A stretch of DNA of 64,000 nt. Source: Macrostomum lignano (lineage: Eukaryota). Location: positions 310,001-374,000 of the forward strand of contig NIVC01000382.1 of the NCBI GenBank assembly GCA_002269645.1, written 5' to 3'. Made by a program: the position numbers and the translations under genes. This document shows positions 28,348 to 39,625 of the stretch, in pieces (the first letter of the stretch is position 1; every line of letters begins with the position of its first letter). Below the pieces are notes generated by a model, which was not told the DNA's origin, ran no database searches, and saw only the letters and a program-made list of their open reading frames with translations.

Positions 28348-29157
28348 ATGGCGACTTCATGGCATCCGCAATCTTGTACTCGTTTTAACAATTTCTGGTC
28401 AAACTATTGTACCGTTTGGCGCAACAGCCGCCCCGCTACGCTACTGAGAGACGCCTCAAATGCAAGCGCTACTAATAGTAGGCTGAATGCTACATATTCT
28501 CATATTAGTCAACAACAAGCGGATTTAAGACGCAGTTTAATAGACGCTGAGAACCGCTATAACGAGCATCAAATATCAATTAATCGTCTAACCGAACGAA
28601 TTGCCGCTCTATACGAAGCCCGTTTAAGATTGTTGACAGTTTGCTCTGAAAGAAAAGCTGGTTTAGACTCTCCGGTGTTAGTTGAGTATGCTCGTTTACT
28701 TGCCGAGCGGCGTAGTGCTGATCAGATTGGTTCTGGCAATGTAGATGGCCTTGATGTTTATGATCAAATTGATGTCGAAGAAAAAGAAGAGCCAGCTGTT
28801 GAAGAAGAAGAAGATTTGTTGCACTTAGACGAAGGCTACGCAGAGTTTCTCAGACAGTCAGAAGCTCACAGACATCGACGAGATGCTGCAAGTGGCGGAG
28901 CTCGCCAACCGAATGGCAACGATGACGGACCGACGGAGACTGTTGAATCGAACTCCGGGTTGCTAGCCAATAGTTTGCCGCCAACAGTGCAGCCAGGCTT
29001 AGAGCGGACTATTGATATGCGCCGGCTGTACGGCCGTCACGCTGCCATTATTCAAGGCATGGAGACTGCTATGCAGATGCGATTCGATCAAGCCTGCGAT
29101 TCCGGAGCTAATAGGCCAGTTTATTGGCCTAGCATGCCTTTGAGACCGCAGTTTTAG
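28348..29157 (+). CDS. GEMIN8: Gemin8-like SMN-complex subunit, about 269 aa
   Basis: The C-terminus PTVQPGLERTIDMRRLYGRHAAIIQGMETAMQMRFDQACD...YWPSMPL resembles the Gemin8 signature (human EMKRLYG...IQAMEAAVQLSFDKHCD...KYWPVIPL). An acidic stretch followed by EFLRQSEAHR also matches. The ATG follows the acceptor cctttttcag (28340). A possible 35-nt upstream exon lies at 28017-28051. Confidence 0.8.
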   Translation: MATSWHPQSCTRFNNFWSNYCTVWRNSRPATLLRDASNASATNSRLNATYSHISQQQADLRRSLIDAENRYNEHQISINRLTERIAALYEARLRLLTVCSERKAGLDSPVLVEYARLLAERRSADQIGSGNVDGLDVYDQIDVEEKEEPAVEEEEDLLHLDEGYAEFLRQSEAHRHRRDAASGGARQPNGNDDGPTETVESNSGLLANSLPPTVQPGLERTIDMRRLYGRHAAIIQGMETAMQMRFDQACDSGANRPVYWPSMPLRPQF

Positions 29158-29199
29158 CCAATACCCAAGCATTGCGGTTTAAAGGGCTTAAAAACATAC

Positions 29200-29205
29200 A
29201 ATAAA
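29200..29205 (+). promoter_or_regulatory. Candidate poly(A) signal of GEMIN8
   Basis: AATAAA 43 nt after the stop codon. Motif match only. Confidence 0.4.
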
Positions 29206-29254
29206 AATTGGAATCTAAAATTTTAAAAGAATCCCCAAACTATTAGGTAATAAT

Positions 29255-30112
29255 CCCAATCTAGATGCAAAGAATTCCAATCTAGATGCAAATAGTTCTA
29301 ATCTAGATGCTATATAATCCCAATCTAGATGCTATAGAATCCCAATCTAGATGCAAAGAATTCCAATCTAGATGCAAATAGTTCTAATCTAGATGCTATA
29401 TAATCCCAATCTAGATGCTATAGAATCCCAATCTAGATGCAAAGAGTTCCAATCTAGATGCAAATAGTTCTAATCTAGATGCTATATAATCCCAATCTAT
29501 ATGCTATATAATCCCAATCTAGATGCTATAGAATCCCAATCTAGATGCTATAGAATCCCAATCTAGATGCTATAGAATCCCAATCTAGATGCTATAGAAT
29601 CCCAATCTAGATGCTATAGAATCCCAATCTAGATGCTAGATAGAATCCCAATCTAGATGCTATAGAATCCCAATCTAGATGCTATAGAATCCCATTCTAG
29701 ATGCTATAGAATCCCATTCTAGATGCTATAGAATCCCATTCTAGATGCTATAGAATCCCATTCTAGATGCTATAGAATCCCAATCTAGATGCTATAGAAT
29801 CCCATTCTAGATGCTATAGAATCCCATTCTAGATGCTATAGAATCCTATTCTAGATGCTATAGAATCCCATTCTAGATGCTATAGAATCCCAATCTAGAT
29901 GCTATAGAATCCCAATCTAGATGCTATAGAATCCCAATCTAGATGCTATAGAATCCCATTCTAGATGCTATAGAATCCCATTCTAGATGCTATAGAATCC
30001 CATTCTAGATGCTATAGAATCCTATTCTAGATGCTATAGTCTATAGAATCCCAATCTACATGCTATAGAATCCGAATCTAGAAGCTAAGAATCCCAATCT
30101 AGATGCTAAGAT
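29255..30112. repeat. 22-bp minisatellite (gaatcccaatctagatgctata)n
   Basis: Period 22; the unit contains the palindrome atctagat. Confidence 0.95.
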
Positions 30113-30661
30113 TTTCAATTTTTATGGGATATGTTTCTCTTGAAATTTCAGCATAGATTTTGTGTAATAAACAGTGCTTTCATGTAGTTACGTTCTACAG
30201 TTTGCATAGCAGGGAATATATAAATATGGTAGGAAAGCATTGTCTTTGGAAGGCTTGATCAGCTGTACAAACATGTGCATTTTTCTTTAGCAGTGTTACA
30301 GCTTCAGAGTATTAAGACATTGAAATTCCTGTTCATTGTTCGTGTTTCTATGCGACATTATATTGAACATGTCGCGCGTGAAACAATGCGAAATCTGATA
30401 TATTGTAGCTAGAGATTGTGCCAGCTTATAAAAGTTCTCTGTAACCTTCTATAGTATTGATTTTTTCATTCTTGCAGAGTTTGTTTCCTCCCATGCGCAA
30501 ATTTCCATGAATGACATTGCTTAAGCGTAGCGAGAACCGAAAAACTTGTTAGCATTCAACAATAATAAATTGCATCTGCTGCGTCTGTACTCTGTACTTT
30601 GTACTTATTATTCTATTTGTGTTTTTGTCTCAATTTTTTCTCTTATGTCAGCTTATGTAGT

Positions 30662-31218
30662 ATGGCGCCAATTCAGTAGATAGTGTGGCGCCATCTAATA
30701 GATAGGGAAGCGCCATCTAGTAGATAGTGTGGCGCCATCCAGTAGGTAGTGTGGCGCCATCTATTAGATAAGGAGGCGCCATCTATTAGATAAGGAGGCG
30801 CCATCTATTAGATAAGGAGGCGTTATCTAGTAGCTAGTGTGGCGCCATCTAGTAGATAGTGTGGCGCCATCCAGTAGGTAGTGTGGCGCCATCTATTAGA
30901 TAAGGAGGCGCCATCTAGTAGCTAGTGTGGCGCCATCTAGTAGATAGTGTGGCGCCATCCAGTAGGTAGTGTGGCGCCATCTATTAGATAAGGAGGCGCC
31001 ATCTAGTAGATAGTGTGGCGCCATCTAGTAGCTAGTGTGGCGCCATCTATTAGATAAGGAGGCGCCATCTTGTAGCTAGTGTGGCGCCCTCTATTAGATA
31101 AGGAGGCGCCATCTAGTAGCTAGTGTGGCGCCATCTAGTAGCTAGTGAGGCGCCATCCAGTAGGTAGTGTGGCGCCATCTAGTAGGTAGTGTGGCGCCAT
31201 CTAGTAGATAATGTGGCT
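30662..31218. repeat. 22-bp minisatellite (ggcgccatctagtagatagtgt)n
   Basis: Period 22; each unit carries GGCGCC. Confidence 0.93.
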
Positions 31219-31347
31219 CCCTGTTTAGGTTTTTTATGTTTGTGGAAGTGACGAAGTTAAATTATTAGCTTTGTAAATATCTCAAGACCATGTTTATTGT
31301 TTTCAGTTGATTGAAGTCAATTCCAAGGAAAAACAAGAATAAATCCT

Positions 31348-32776
31348 ATGGCATCTACTCAAGAGGCAGCTAGCAACAAGAGCTCCGAAGTTAGTGACGA
31401 GCCTACGCCAGCTAAACAGCCTCGCCTTGATCAGCCGACAGCGTCTCAAGAGTCAACTGCTATGCAACAACACGATTTTACCAAATTCCGTTTACTAGAA
31501 ATTCTTGACAATTCGCAGCGAGCAAAATACGTCGCTCTGTTAGGAAAATTCGATACTACTGACGGAATTAGTAGCAGTAGTAGTAGTCAGGATGGCAAAA
31601 ATGGCGAAGATTCCAAATCCAATTCAACGTCGGCTATATTACTATTGGAGAAGGAAGCGTTTCCAGTTGAACAGTTACAGCAGAGCCAGCTTGGCTTGTC
31701 GTTGTTCGACCAACACCAAACTGTTGAAACAGTGATGCACAACGATATCTGGCACAAGTACAGACTGCCCTTAGAATCTAGTTTTTGCCTAGCCAAAGCC
31801 ACTCTTGTACACCCGGCTACCGATAGATTAGCGGCCAAATATCGCCAGCGTCCTTGTCATCTGGTTGTTGAATCGCCCGAAGATTATCGCAAACGTACGG
31901 AACCGGCGCTTCAATCTGCCGGAGCTAAGCATAGCCTAGCCTGGGTTGGCAACCTGTTAGACGGCAGCGCCGAGGCAGATCGCCTTGTGTTTGACGATCC
32001 CGATCCAGCTGTGGGATTTGTTTTACACGCCGATTTAAAATGGGACGGTCGACGAATTGATGACTTGTATTGTTTAGCTGTGTGTCGAGTGGATGGTCTG
32101 CATAGCTTGAGGCAATTGGGTGCGCAGCATCTGCCGCTGTTGGAGAACTTGATGGATAAGGGACGGAAGGCCCTTAGAGATAGGTTTGTTTAAATTCCTC
32201 TTTTGATTAGGCTGCTGCAATATTTTGTTAGAAAGCTAGCTATTTATTTATTTTAATTCGGCGTTTAAATGGTTGGTTACGTAGTCGGTCATATAGCTAG
32301 TTAGTTGGGTGGTTTGTCTGTTAGTTGGTTAGTTAGCTGGTTAGTAAATTAGCTAGCTAGCTAGTTTTTTTGTTTGTTTGTCAGTTAATTAGTTTGCTAG
32401 CTAGCTGTTCAGTTAGTTAGCTACTTAGTCAGTCAGTCAGTCAGTCACCCACTCACTCAAGTCAGTCAGTCAGTCAGTCAGTCAGTCAGTCAGTCAGTCA
32501 GTCAGTCAGTCAGTCAGTCAGTCAGTCAGTCAGTCAGTCAGTCAGTCAGTCAGTCAGTCAGGCAGTCAGTCAGTCAGTCAGTCAGTCAGTCAGTCAGTCA
32601 GTCAGTCAATCAGTCAGTCAGTCAGTCAGGCAGTCAGTCAGTCAGGCAGTCAGTCAATCAGTCAGTCAGTCAGGCAGTCAGGCAGTCAGGCAGCCAGTCA
32701 GTCAGGCAGTCAGTCAGGGAGGCAGGCAGGCAGGCAGGCAGTCAGTCAGCCAGTCAGTTAGTCAGTCAGTCAGCCA

Positions 32777-32819
<43 letters not shown>

Positions 32820-33373
32820 AGTCAGTCAGGGAGGCAGGCAGGCAGGCAGGCAGTCAGTCAGTCAGTCAGTCAGTCAGGCAGTCAGTCAGTTAGGCAGTCA
32901 GTCAGTCAGTCAGTCAGTCAGTCAGTCAGTCAGTCAGTCAGTCAGTCAGCCAGTCAGTCAGTCAGTCAGCCAGTCAGCTAGTCAGTCAGTCAGTCAGTCA
33001 GTCAGTCAGTCAGTCAGTCAGCCAGTCAGTCAGTCAGTCAGCCAGTCAGTCAGTCAGCCAGTCAGTCAGTCAGTCAGTCAGTCAGTCAGTCAGTCAGTCA
33101 GTCCCCTACCAACCCCGCAGGTACGGAGTGCCGCTAAGTCAGCAGCGAGTGTTTCTGCACTACCAGCCGAGTTTCTACCATTTGCACGCTCATTTCACTC
33201 ACGTCTCGGCCGACTGGCCGGGTCAGCAGGCCGAGCGAGCCCATCTAGTAACCGAAATTATCAACAATATCCGACTTATGCCGGATTATTATGAGAAAGC
33301 GACGCTAACTTTCCCAGTTAAGGAAGGCGAACCACTGTACGATGCTTACAAAGATCAACTGGATCTGCTGTAG
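31348..33373 (+). CDS. DCPS: m7GpppX diphosphatase (scavenger decapping enzyme), 2 exons, about 362 aa
   Basis: Exons 31348-32183 and 33121-33373 (phase 2). Motifs ILLLEKEAF, AKATLVHPAT...KY, GFVLHADLKWDG, SLRQL...HLPLLEN and the HIT-like HYQPSFYHLHAHF. Confidence 0.95.
32280..33102. repeat. (CAGT)n / (CAGG)n microsatellite filling the DCPS intron
   Basis: Direct reading. Confidence 0.95.
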
Positions 33374-34360
33374 TCATATTGTAGTGCATTGTCTGACTTC
33401 TGTCTTGCTCTTATTGCCAAAAAGAGTTGAATTAATTTATCGTCTTGCTGACTGACTTTATTAGAGAATTGTACCTTACTTTTTTAATTAAAGCATTTTT
33501 TGTATAGAAATAATTGGTGCCGTAAAAATGCTACTATCACTACAGCAGATGGCACTATATCCTCAATGCGATAGCACTATATCAAACAAGCGGGCATCAT
33601 CTTTAAAAATGGCACCGTATCCTCAGAAAGTTACTCTAAATTTTAACAACAACACCATATATGTGATATTGTGTCACACGTCTTCAAATATGATACCGTA
33701 CCGTCATAAAATGGGTCACTTCGTGTGAAAAAATATTCAGAAAATAACACTATCTACAAAAATGGCATCACATTCACCAATAAGTGGCACTGTATCTTCA
33801 AAAATGGCATCACATTCTCCAATAAGTGGCACAGTATCTTCAAAAATGGCATCGTAATCCCTAGAGATGTCTTGATATGTAAAAAATGAAATAATATGTG
33901 CAAGTAGATGAGGCTTCTCGTTATTTGATAATGGCGTAAACTTTTTAAGGATATAGCTACCATTTTTAGCCAGTTCAAAACAATTTAACCAATAAATAGC
34001 TCATGCTTGTATAAATGCCTATATATAGTCGATTATTGTTGTTATTTAAATGTCTACCAAATGATTACGATGAGTACTTGATACTTAAGTTTGCATTTCT
34101 CATCGTGCATGTTAAATTACCTAGGCGCTTTACAGCTTGCTAACTTGTTAGTTAATGCACTGTTTCGTGTTTACGAAATAAACTAAACGTTTTTTGGCGT
34201 CGATCATTCTGTAAATTTGTGTTTGAATTTTTTTACAGCATAGGAATAATAGAATGTATACGATTTATAATATAGATACTATTCGATGCTTAAATGATAT
34301 GCTCGAATACCATATTTGAATTCCAGTTCGATTTCTAACCCCGAGTAATAAGCTTAAGAG

Positions 34361-34639
34361 ATGGCCAAACGCACCAAAAAGGTTGGCATTGTTGGCAAAT
34401 ACGCCACCCGTTACGGCGCTTCGCTGCGTAAAACGGTGAAAAAGATTGAAATCCAGCAGCATTCAAAGTACACCTGTTCATTCTGCGGCAAAGACGCTCT
34501 CCGTCGCCAGGCTGTTGGCATCTGGCACTGTCGCGGCTGCCGGAAAACTCTGGCCGGTGGCGCCTATGTGTGCTCTACGACCGCTGCGGTGACCACCAGG
34601 GCCGCCATTAGGCGTCTGCGCGAGCTTACCGAGGGTTAA
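34361..34639 (+). CDS. RPL37A: 60S ribosomal protein eL43 (L37a), 92 aa, intronless CDS
   Basis: [24 protein letters not shown]; CxxC...CxxC zinc ribbon; typical length. Confidence 0.97.
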   Translation: MAKRTKKVGIVGKYATRYGASLRKTVKKIEIQQHSKYTCSFCGKDALRRQAVGIWHCRGCRKTLAGGAYVCSTTAAVTTRAAIRRLRELTEG

Positions 34640-34727
34640 TTGTAATAATTTGTAGAGAGCTGCTATTGGACTGGAGCTGATTTCTAATATTGATAGCTAA
34701 ATTCACTGTGACAGATTGACAAGAAGT

Positions 34728-34733
34728 AATAAA
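34728..34733 (+). promoter_or_regulatory. Candidate poly(A) signal of RPL37A
   Basis: AATAAA about 90 nt after the stop codon. Motif match only. Confidence 0.45.
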
Positions 34734-34864
34734 TTTGAGTTGCCGTCCTCAGCTGAGCTGGCAATTTGCCTTCTTGGTTGTGTGCCGTTTGTCGTGAATG
34801 GAGTACTTGGTTCTGCGGGCTTGCATTTACTTTATTTTTATACTTTTAGCACAGAATACACAGC

Positions 34865-35550
34865 CAGGCTGACAGACTGACAAGACAATTAAAGTAAGAC
34901 GGACAGAGTGACACTTAGACACTAAGACAGCCACTTGAACAGACATTTAGAGTGACACTAAGGCAGATACTTAGACTGACACTAATACTGACACCTGGAC
35001 TGACACTTAGACATACACAAGACAGACACTTAGACAGACACTAAGACAGACACTTAGACTGGCACTTAAACCGACACTTAGACAGACACTTAGTCAAACA
35101 CTTAGACAGACACTAAGACAGACACTTAGACTGGCACTTAAACCGACACTTAGACAGACACTTAGTCAAACACTTAGACAGACACTAAGACAGACACTTA
35201 GACTGGCACTTAAACCGACACTTAGACAGACACTTAGTCAAACACTTAGACAGACACTAAGACAGACACTTAGACTGGCACTTAAACCGACACTTAGACA
35301 GACACTTAGTCAAACACTTAGACAGACACTAAGACAGACACTTAGACTGGCACTTAAACCGACACTTAGACAGACACTTAGTCAAACACTTAGACAGACA
35401 CTAAGACAGACACTTAGACTGGCACTTAAACCGACACTTAGACAGACACTTAGTCAAACACTTGGACAGACACTTAGACAGACACTAAGACAGACACTTA
35501 GACTGGCACTTAAACCTACACTTGAGAGACACTAGGACTGACACTTAGAC
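34865..35550. repeat. 12-bp monomer (gacacttagaca) organised as a 72-bp higher-order repeat
   Basis: The variant ggcacttaaacc recurs at 35061, 35133 and 35205 (period 72). Confidence 0.93.
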
Positions 35551-35631
35551 ATGTATAATATCATATCTAGTCTAGGTATCTATCAATAAAAAACTCACTA
35601 AAAACATTCCAGCCCTTAATAGAGACCAGCC

Positions 35632-35949
35632 ATGGTCAACGTGCCGAAAACTCGTCGGACATTTTGCAAGTTCACCTGCAAGAAGCACACGCTGCACAAG
35701 GTGACCCAGTACAAGTCTGGCAAAGCCTCCCTATACGCCCAGGGCAAGCGCCGCTACGATCGAAAACAGAGCGGCTACGGCGGTCAAACTAAGCCAATCT
35801 TTCGTAAGAAGGCCAAGACCACAAAGAAGATTGTGCTGAGAATGGAATGCTCCGAGTGCAAGCACAGGAAACAATTGGCTATTAAACGGTGCAAGCACTT
35901 CGAATTGGGCGGCGATAAGAAGAAGAAGGGACAGATGATCCAGTTCTAA
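35632..35949 (+). CDS. RPL36A: 60S ribosomal protein eL42 (L36a/L44), 105 aa, intronless CDS
   Basis: [48 protein letters not shown] and [13 protein letters not shown]. Confidence 0.97.
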   Translation: MVNVPKTRRTFCKFTCKKHTLHKVTQYKSGKASLYAQGKRRYDRKQSGYGGQTKPIFRKKAKTTKKIVLRMECSECKHRKQLAIKRCKHFELGGDKKKKGQMIQF

Positions 35950-36258
35950 AGTTGATTGATGGATAGTTTCACTTATATAATATCTGATGACGTTTGGCCG
36001 TAATGACTTGCAGTAGTTGGATGAAAAAGTGAAAATATAATTGGAATACGTGCTTGTTGCTTTAACGGTTTGGAGTAAAAAAACTTTCACGTTTTCTTGT
36101 TTTATGTTTCTTTTAGACTTTTTAGCTAGAATATATTGTCCGTAAACCAAGGCATTTTAAGTGTTTAGGTTAATAGTGTTAGCTGTTAGTATTTGGTGTT
36201 TAGGGGCTGTAAGTGTCCGTTAATCGTGATGTTTTTGGTCAGGTATTTAGGGTCTGCC

Positions 36259-36360
36259 TACGGCGCTTCGCTGCGTAAAACGGTGAAAAAGATTGAAATC
36301 CAGCAGCATTCAAAGTACACCTGTTCATTCTGCGGCAAAGACGCTCTCCGTCTCCAGGCT
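36259..36360 (+). pseudogene. 102-bp internal fragment copy of RPL37A
   Basis: Matches 34412-34513 with one mismatch (36353). It has no start codon and is embedded in the satellite. Confidence 0.9.
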
Positions 36361-36661
36361 TTGGCAAATTTGCAGCGTAAGGCGTGGTGTTTTAGGTTAG
36401 GTATTTAGGGTCTGCAGTTACCGTGAGTCGTGATGTTTTAGATTAGATATTTAGGGTCTGCAGTGTCCGTGAGTCGTGATGTTTTAGATTAGGTATTTAG
36501 GGTCTGCAGTGTCCGTAAGGCGTGGTGTTATAGGTTAGGTATTTAGGGTCCGCAGTGTCCGTGAGTCGTGTTTTAGATTAGGTATTTAGGGTCCGCAGTG
36601 TCCGTGAGTCGTGTTTTAGATTAGGTATTTAGGGTCTGCAGTGTCCGTGAGTCGTGTTTTA

Positions 36662-37970
36662 CGAGGGACACTCCAAAAGTTTTGCAATTCAACCACTTGC
36701 GCAAGTCGCACAATCTTCAAAATCAACCCTCTGTACAATAAACATGTATATAGTCCCCACCTCAATTTTTTAGTAATTTCATACATATATGCCTGCTCAG
36801 CCCCCAGTCAAAGTCAGTGACTCCTTAACCTGTACTGCTGCGGCCATGGAATTGAATCGTGAGCAGAATCGGCTACTAATTTGGTACTGCCACAAGCGAA
36901 AGCTCACGGCGCTTGAGACTCATGCCGAGCTACTAGCAACATTGGAGGCTCAAGCACCGTCATATGCTACGGTTACACGCTGGTACCGCGAGTTCCAGGC
37001 CGGCAGGACCAGCTTTTCTGACGACCCCCGGCCCGGGAGACCTCCGACAGCAGCGACGGAGGAAAACATCGCTGCAGTGCAGGAGCTGATCCATCAGGAT
37101 CCGCGAATCACCACGGACACGTTAGCTATGAATGTTGGCATCGGATCGGCAGCGGTCGATACGATTCTACACGATCACCTCAGAGTCAGGAAGCTTTGTG
37201 CCCGATGGATACCCCACATCCTGACAGATGCTCAGAAACAGGCCCGCATGGAGTTCTGTCAGTTTCTCATCGATCGATATGAGCACGGGAGCCATCAGCG
37301 CCGCTCTGAAGTCATCACTGGTGATGAGACGTTTCTCTATCATTTTGACGTCGAGACAAAGCGCAGCAGTGCAGAGTGGGTGCCGGAAGGTGGGCAACGA
37401 CCCCTGAAAGCAAGGCGGTCCCGGTCCCAGGGCAAGCGGATGTTTGCCATCTTCTTCGACTCACAAGGCGTGGTGGCGATGGCGAAGCTGGAGGGTCAAG
37501 CTACAGTCACTGCTCGATGGTACACTGAAGAGTGCTTGCCTGTCGTGATCGACAGCGTGACCCAGAGGGCACCAAGGACGGGAATGCGAGGGCGGAAGCT
37601 TCACCATGACAACGCCCCCGCCCACACGGCTGCTGCAACTCGAGCGTTCCTGGACCAAGAGGGCATTGCAACGCTACCACACCCGCCCTACTCACCAGAC
37701 CTCGCCCCCTGCGACTTCTGGCTCTTTCCAGAAATCAAAAAGTCGCTTAGGGGGTGCAGGTTTCAGTCCGACGAGGAGCTGGAGCAGGCGGCGAAGGAGG
37801 CGACTGACGGCATCCCAATTGAAGAGTTCCAGGGCCTCATGAACAAGTGGCTCGGAAGAGCGCACAAGTGTTTGCAGTTCCGGGGAGCCTACTTTGAAGG
37901 ATTGTAATAGAAAAGTTTAGCAGAATTAACTTTAAATAGTCGAATTGCAAAACTTTTGGAGTATCCCTCG
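36662..37970 (+). mobile_element. Full-length mariner (Tc1/mariner) DNA transposon, 1309 bp
   Basis: 29-bp TIRs at 36662-36690 and 37942-37970 (1 mismatch). TA TSD at 36660-61 and 37971-72. Removing the element restores the satellite unit gtgttttagattag. Confidence 0.97.
36846..37907 (+). CDS. Mariner transposase, DD34D, about 353 aa, intact
   Basis: N-terminal HTH region, WIPHIL (WVPHEL-like), ITGDET, HHDNAPAH and HPPYSPDLAPCDF, with 34 residues between the 2nd and 3rd Asp. No stops or frameshifts. The ORF is also open from 36789. Confidence 0.95.
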   Translation: MELNREQNRLLIWYCHKRKLTALETHAELLATLEAQAPSYATVTRWYREFQAGRTSFSDDPRPGRPPTAATEENIAAVQELIHQDPRITTDTLAMNVGIGSAAVDTILHDHLRVRKLCARWIPHILTDAQKQARMEFCQFLIDRYEHGSHQRRSEVITGDETFLYHFDVETKRSSAEWVPEGGQRPLKARRSRSQGKRMFAIFFDSQGVVAMAKLEGQATVTARWYTEECLPVVIDSVTQRAPRTGMRGRKLHHDNAPAHTAAATRAFLDQEGIATLPHPPYSPDLAPCDFWLFPEIKKSLRGCRFQSDEELEQAAKEATDGIPIEEFQGLMNKWLGRAHKCLQFRGAYFEGL

Positions 37971-38316
37971 TAGATTAGGTATTTAGGGTCCGCAGTGTCC
38001 GTGAGTCGTGTTTTAGATTAGGTATTTAGGGTCCGCAGTGTCCGTGAGTCGTGTTTTAGATTAGGTATTTAGGGTCTGCAGTGTCCGTGAGTCGTGTTTT
38101 AGATTAGGTATTTAGGGTCTGCAGTGTCCGTGAGTTGTGTTTTAGATTAGGTATTTAGGGTCTGCAGTGTCCGTGAGTCGTGGTGATTTAGGTTATTTAG
38201 GTATTTGGGGTATTTAGGTGATTTAGGTATCTGTAAGTCTTTGAATCTTGGTGATTGCTACTACAAATATGGTTGCCATGGCAACTAATGCTAACAAACA
38301 CAATCAATTTGCAGAC

Positions 38317-39354
38317 ATGACCAATTCAACCAATCACGGCAATAGTAATCAGGACACGCCGGAGAGTCTAGCGGCTAACAATGAGCAACTGGCCAAACGG
38401 TGCAATGTTGTCCAGGTTACTAATATATCGCCGCAGGCTACTAAGGATCAGATTAAATCGCTGATGGGCTACCTCGGCCACATAGACGAGCTAGTGGTCT
38501 ATCCGAATAATATTAATACTGACCCGCCGCCGTCCAGCCTGGTAGCTTATATTCGTTATAACGAACGCGAGAATGCTCTGCTGAGCTTGCATTTGAACAA
38601 TACTGTTCTGTTAGACAGAGCACTGATTGTATTGCCTGTGCTATCCAATAAAATACCGGACGAAGCCTACGCTATGAAGGTGATGTGCCCAGAGCACACG
38701 TCCGCAGGCGTGTTTCCTAAAACTGCCGACTGGCCATTGGACGTAATCAGTATGGTTGTTGGCAAGATGGGGGAGCAGCAGATTATCACTGTTGATCCCA
38801 AACTGTCGTCTGAGCACGCCTACCCGCCTTTGCCGCCTACTACCGATCCTAATAGGATTGAGGAGATCCGGCGGACTGTGCTGGTTACCGGGCTGGAGTC
38901 TAACACCAACCCGCAACAGGTGAGCGCTTGGTGTCTGCATGTCTGTCTGCATGTCTGTCTGCTGTCTGTCTGCTGTCTGTCTGCATGTCTGTCTGCATGT
39001 CTGTCTGCCTGTCTGTCTGCTGTCTGTCTGCATGTCTGTCTGCATGTCTGTCTGTCTGTCTGTCTGTCTGCTGTCTGTCTGCATGTCTATCTGCATGTCT
39101 GTCTGCCTGTCTGTCTGCATGTCTGCCTGTCTGCCTGTCTGTCTGTCTGCATCTGCATGTCTGTCTGTCAGTCTGTCTGCATGTCTGTCTGCATGTCTGT
39201 CTGCATGTCTGTCTGTCTGTCTGCATGTCTGTCTGTCTGTCTGTCTGTCTGCATGTCTGTCTGCATGTCTGTCTGCTGTCTGTCTGCATGTCTGTCTGCA
39301 TGTCTGTCTGCATGTCTGTCTGTCTGTCTGTCTGTCTGTCTGCCTGTCTGTCTA

Positions 39355-39399
<45 letters not shown>

Positions 39400-39436
39400 G
39401 TGTCTGTCTGCCTGTCTGTCTGCATGTCTGTCTGCA

Positions 39437-39469
<33 letters not shown>

Positions 39470-39583
39470 GCCTGTCTGTCTGCATTTCTGTCTGCACGTC
39501 TGTCTGTCTGTCTGCATGTCTGCATGTCTGTCTGTCTGTCTGTCTGCATGTCTGCCTGTCTGTCTGCATGTCTGTCTGTCTGC

Positions 39584-39625
<42 letters not shown>

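Larger units (their letters stand above)
36160..38230. repeat. 43-bp minisatellite (gtatttagggtctgcagtgtccgtgagtcgtgttttagattag)n interrupted by mariner and an RPL37A fragment
   Basis: Units lie at 36160-36660 and 37973-38230; period 43 (e.g. 37979 to 38022). Confidence 0.9.
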
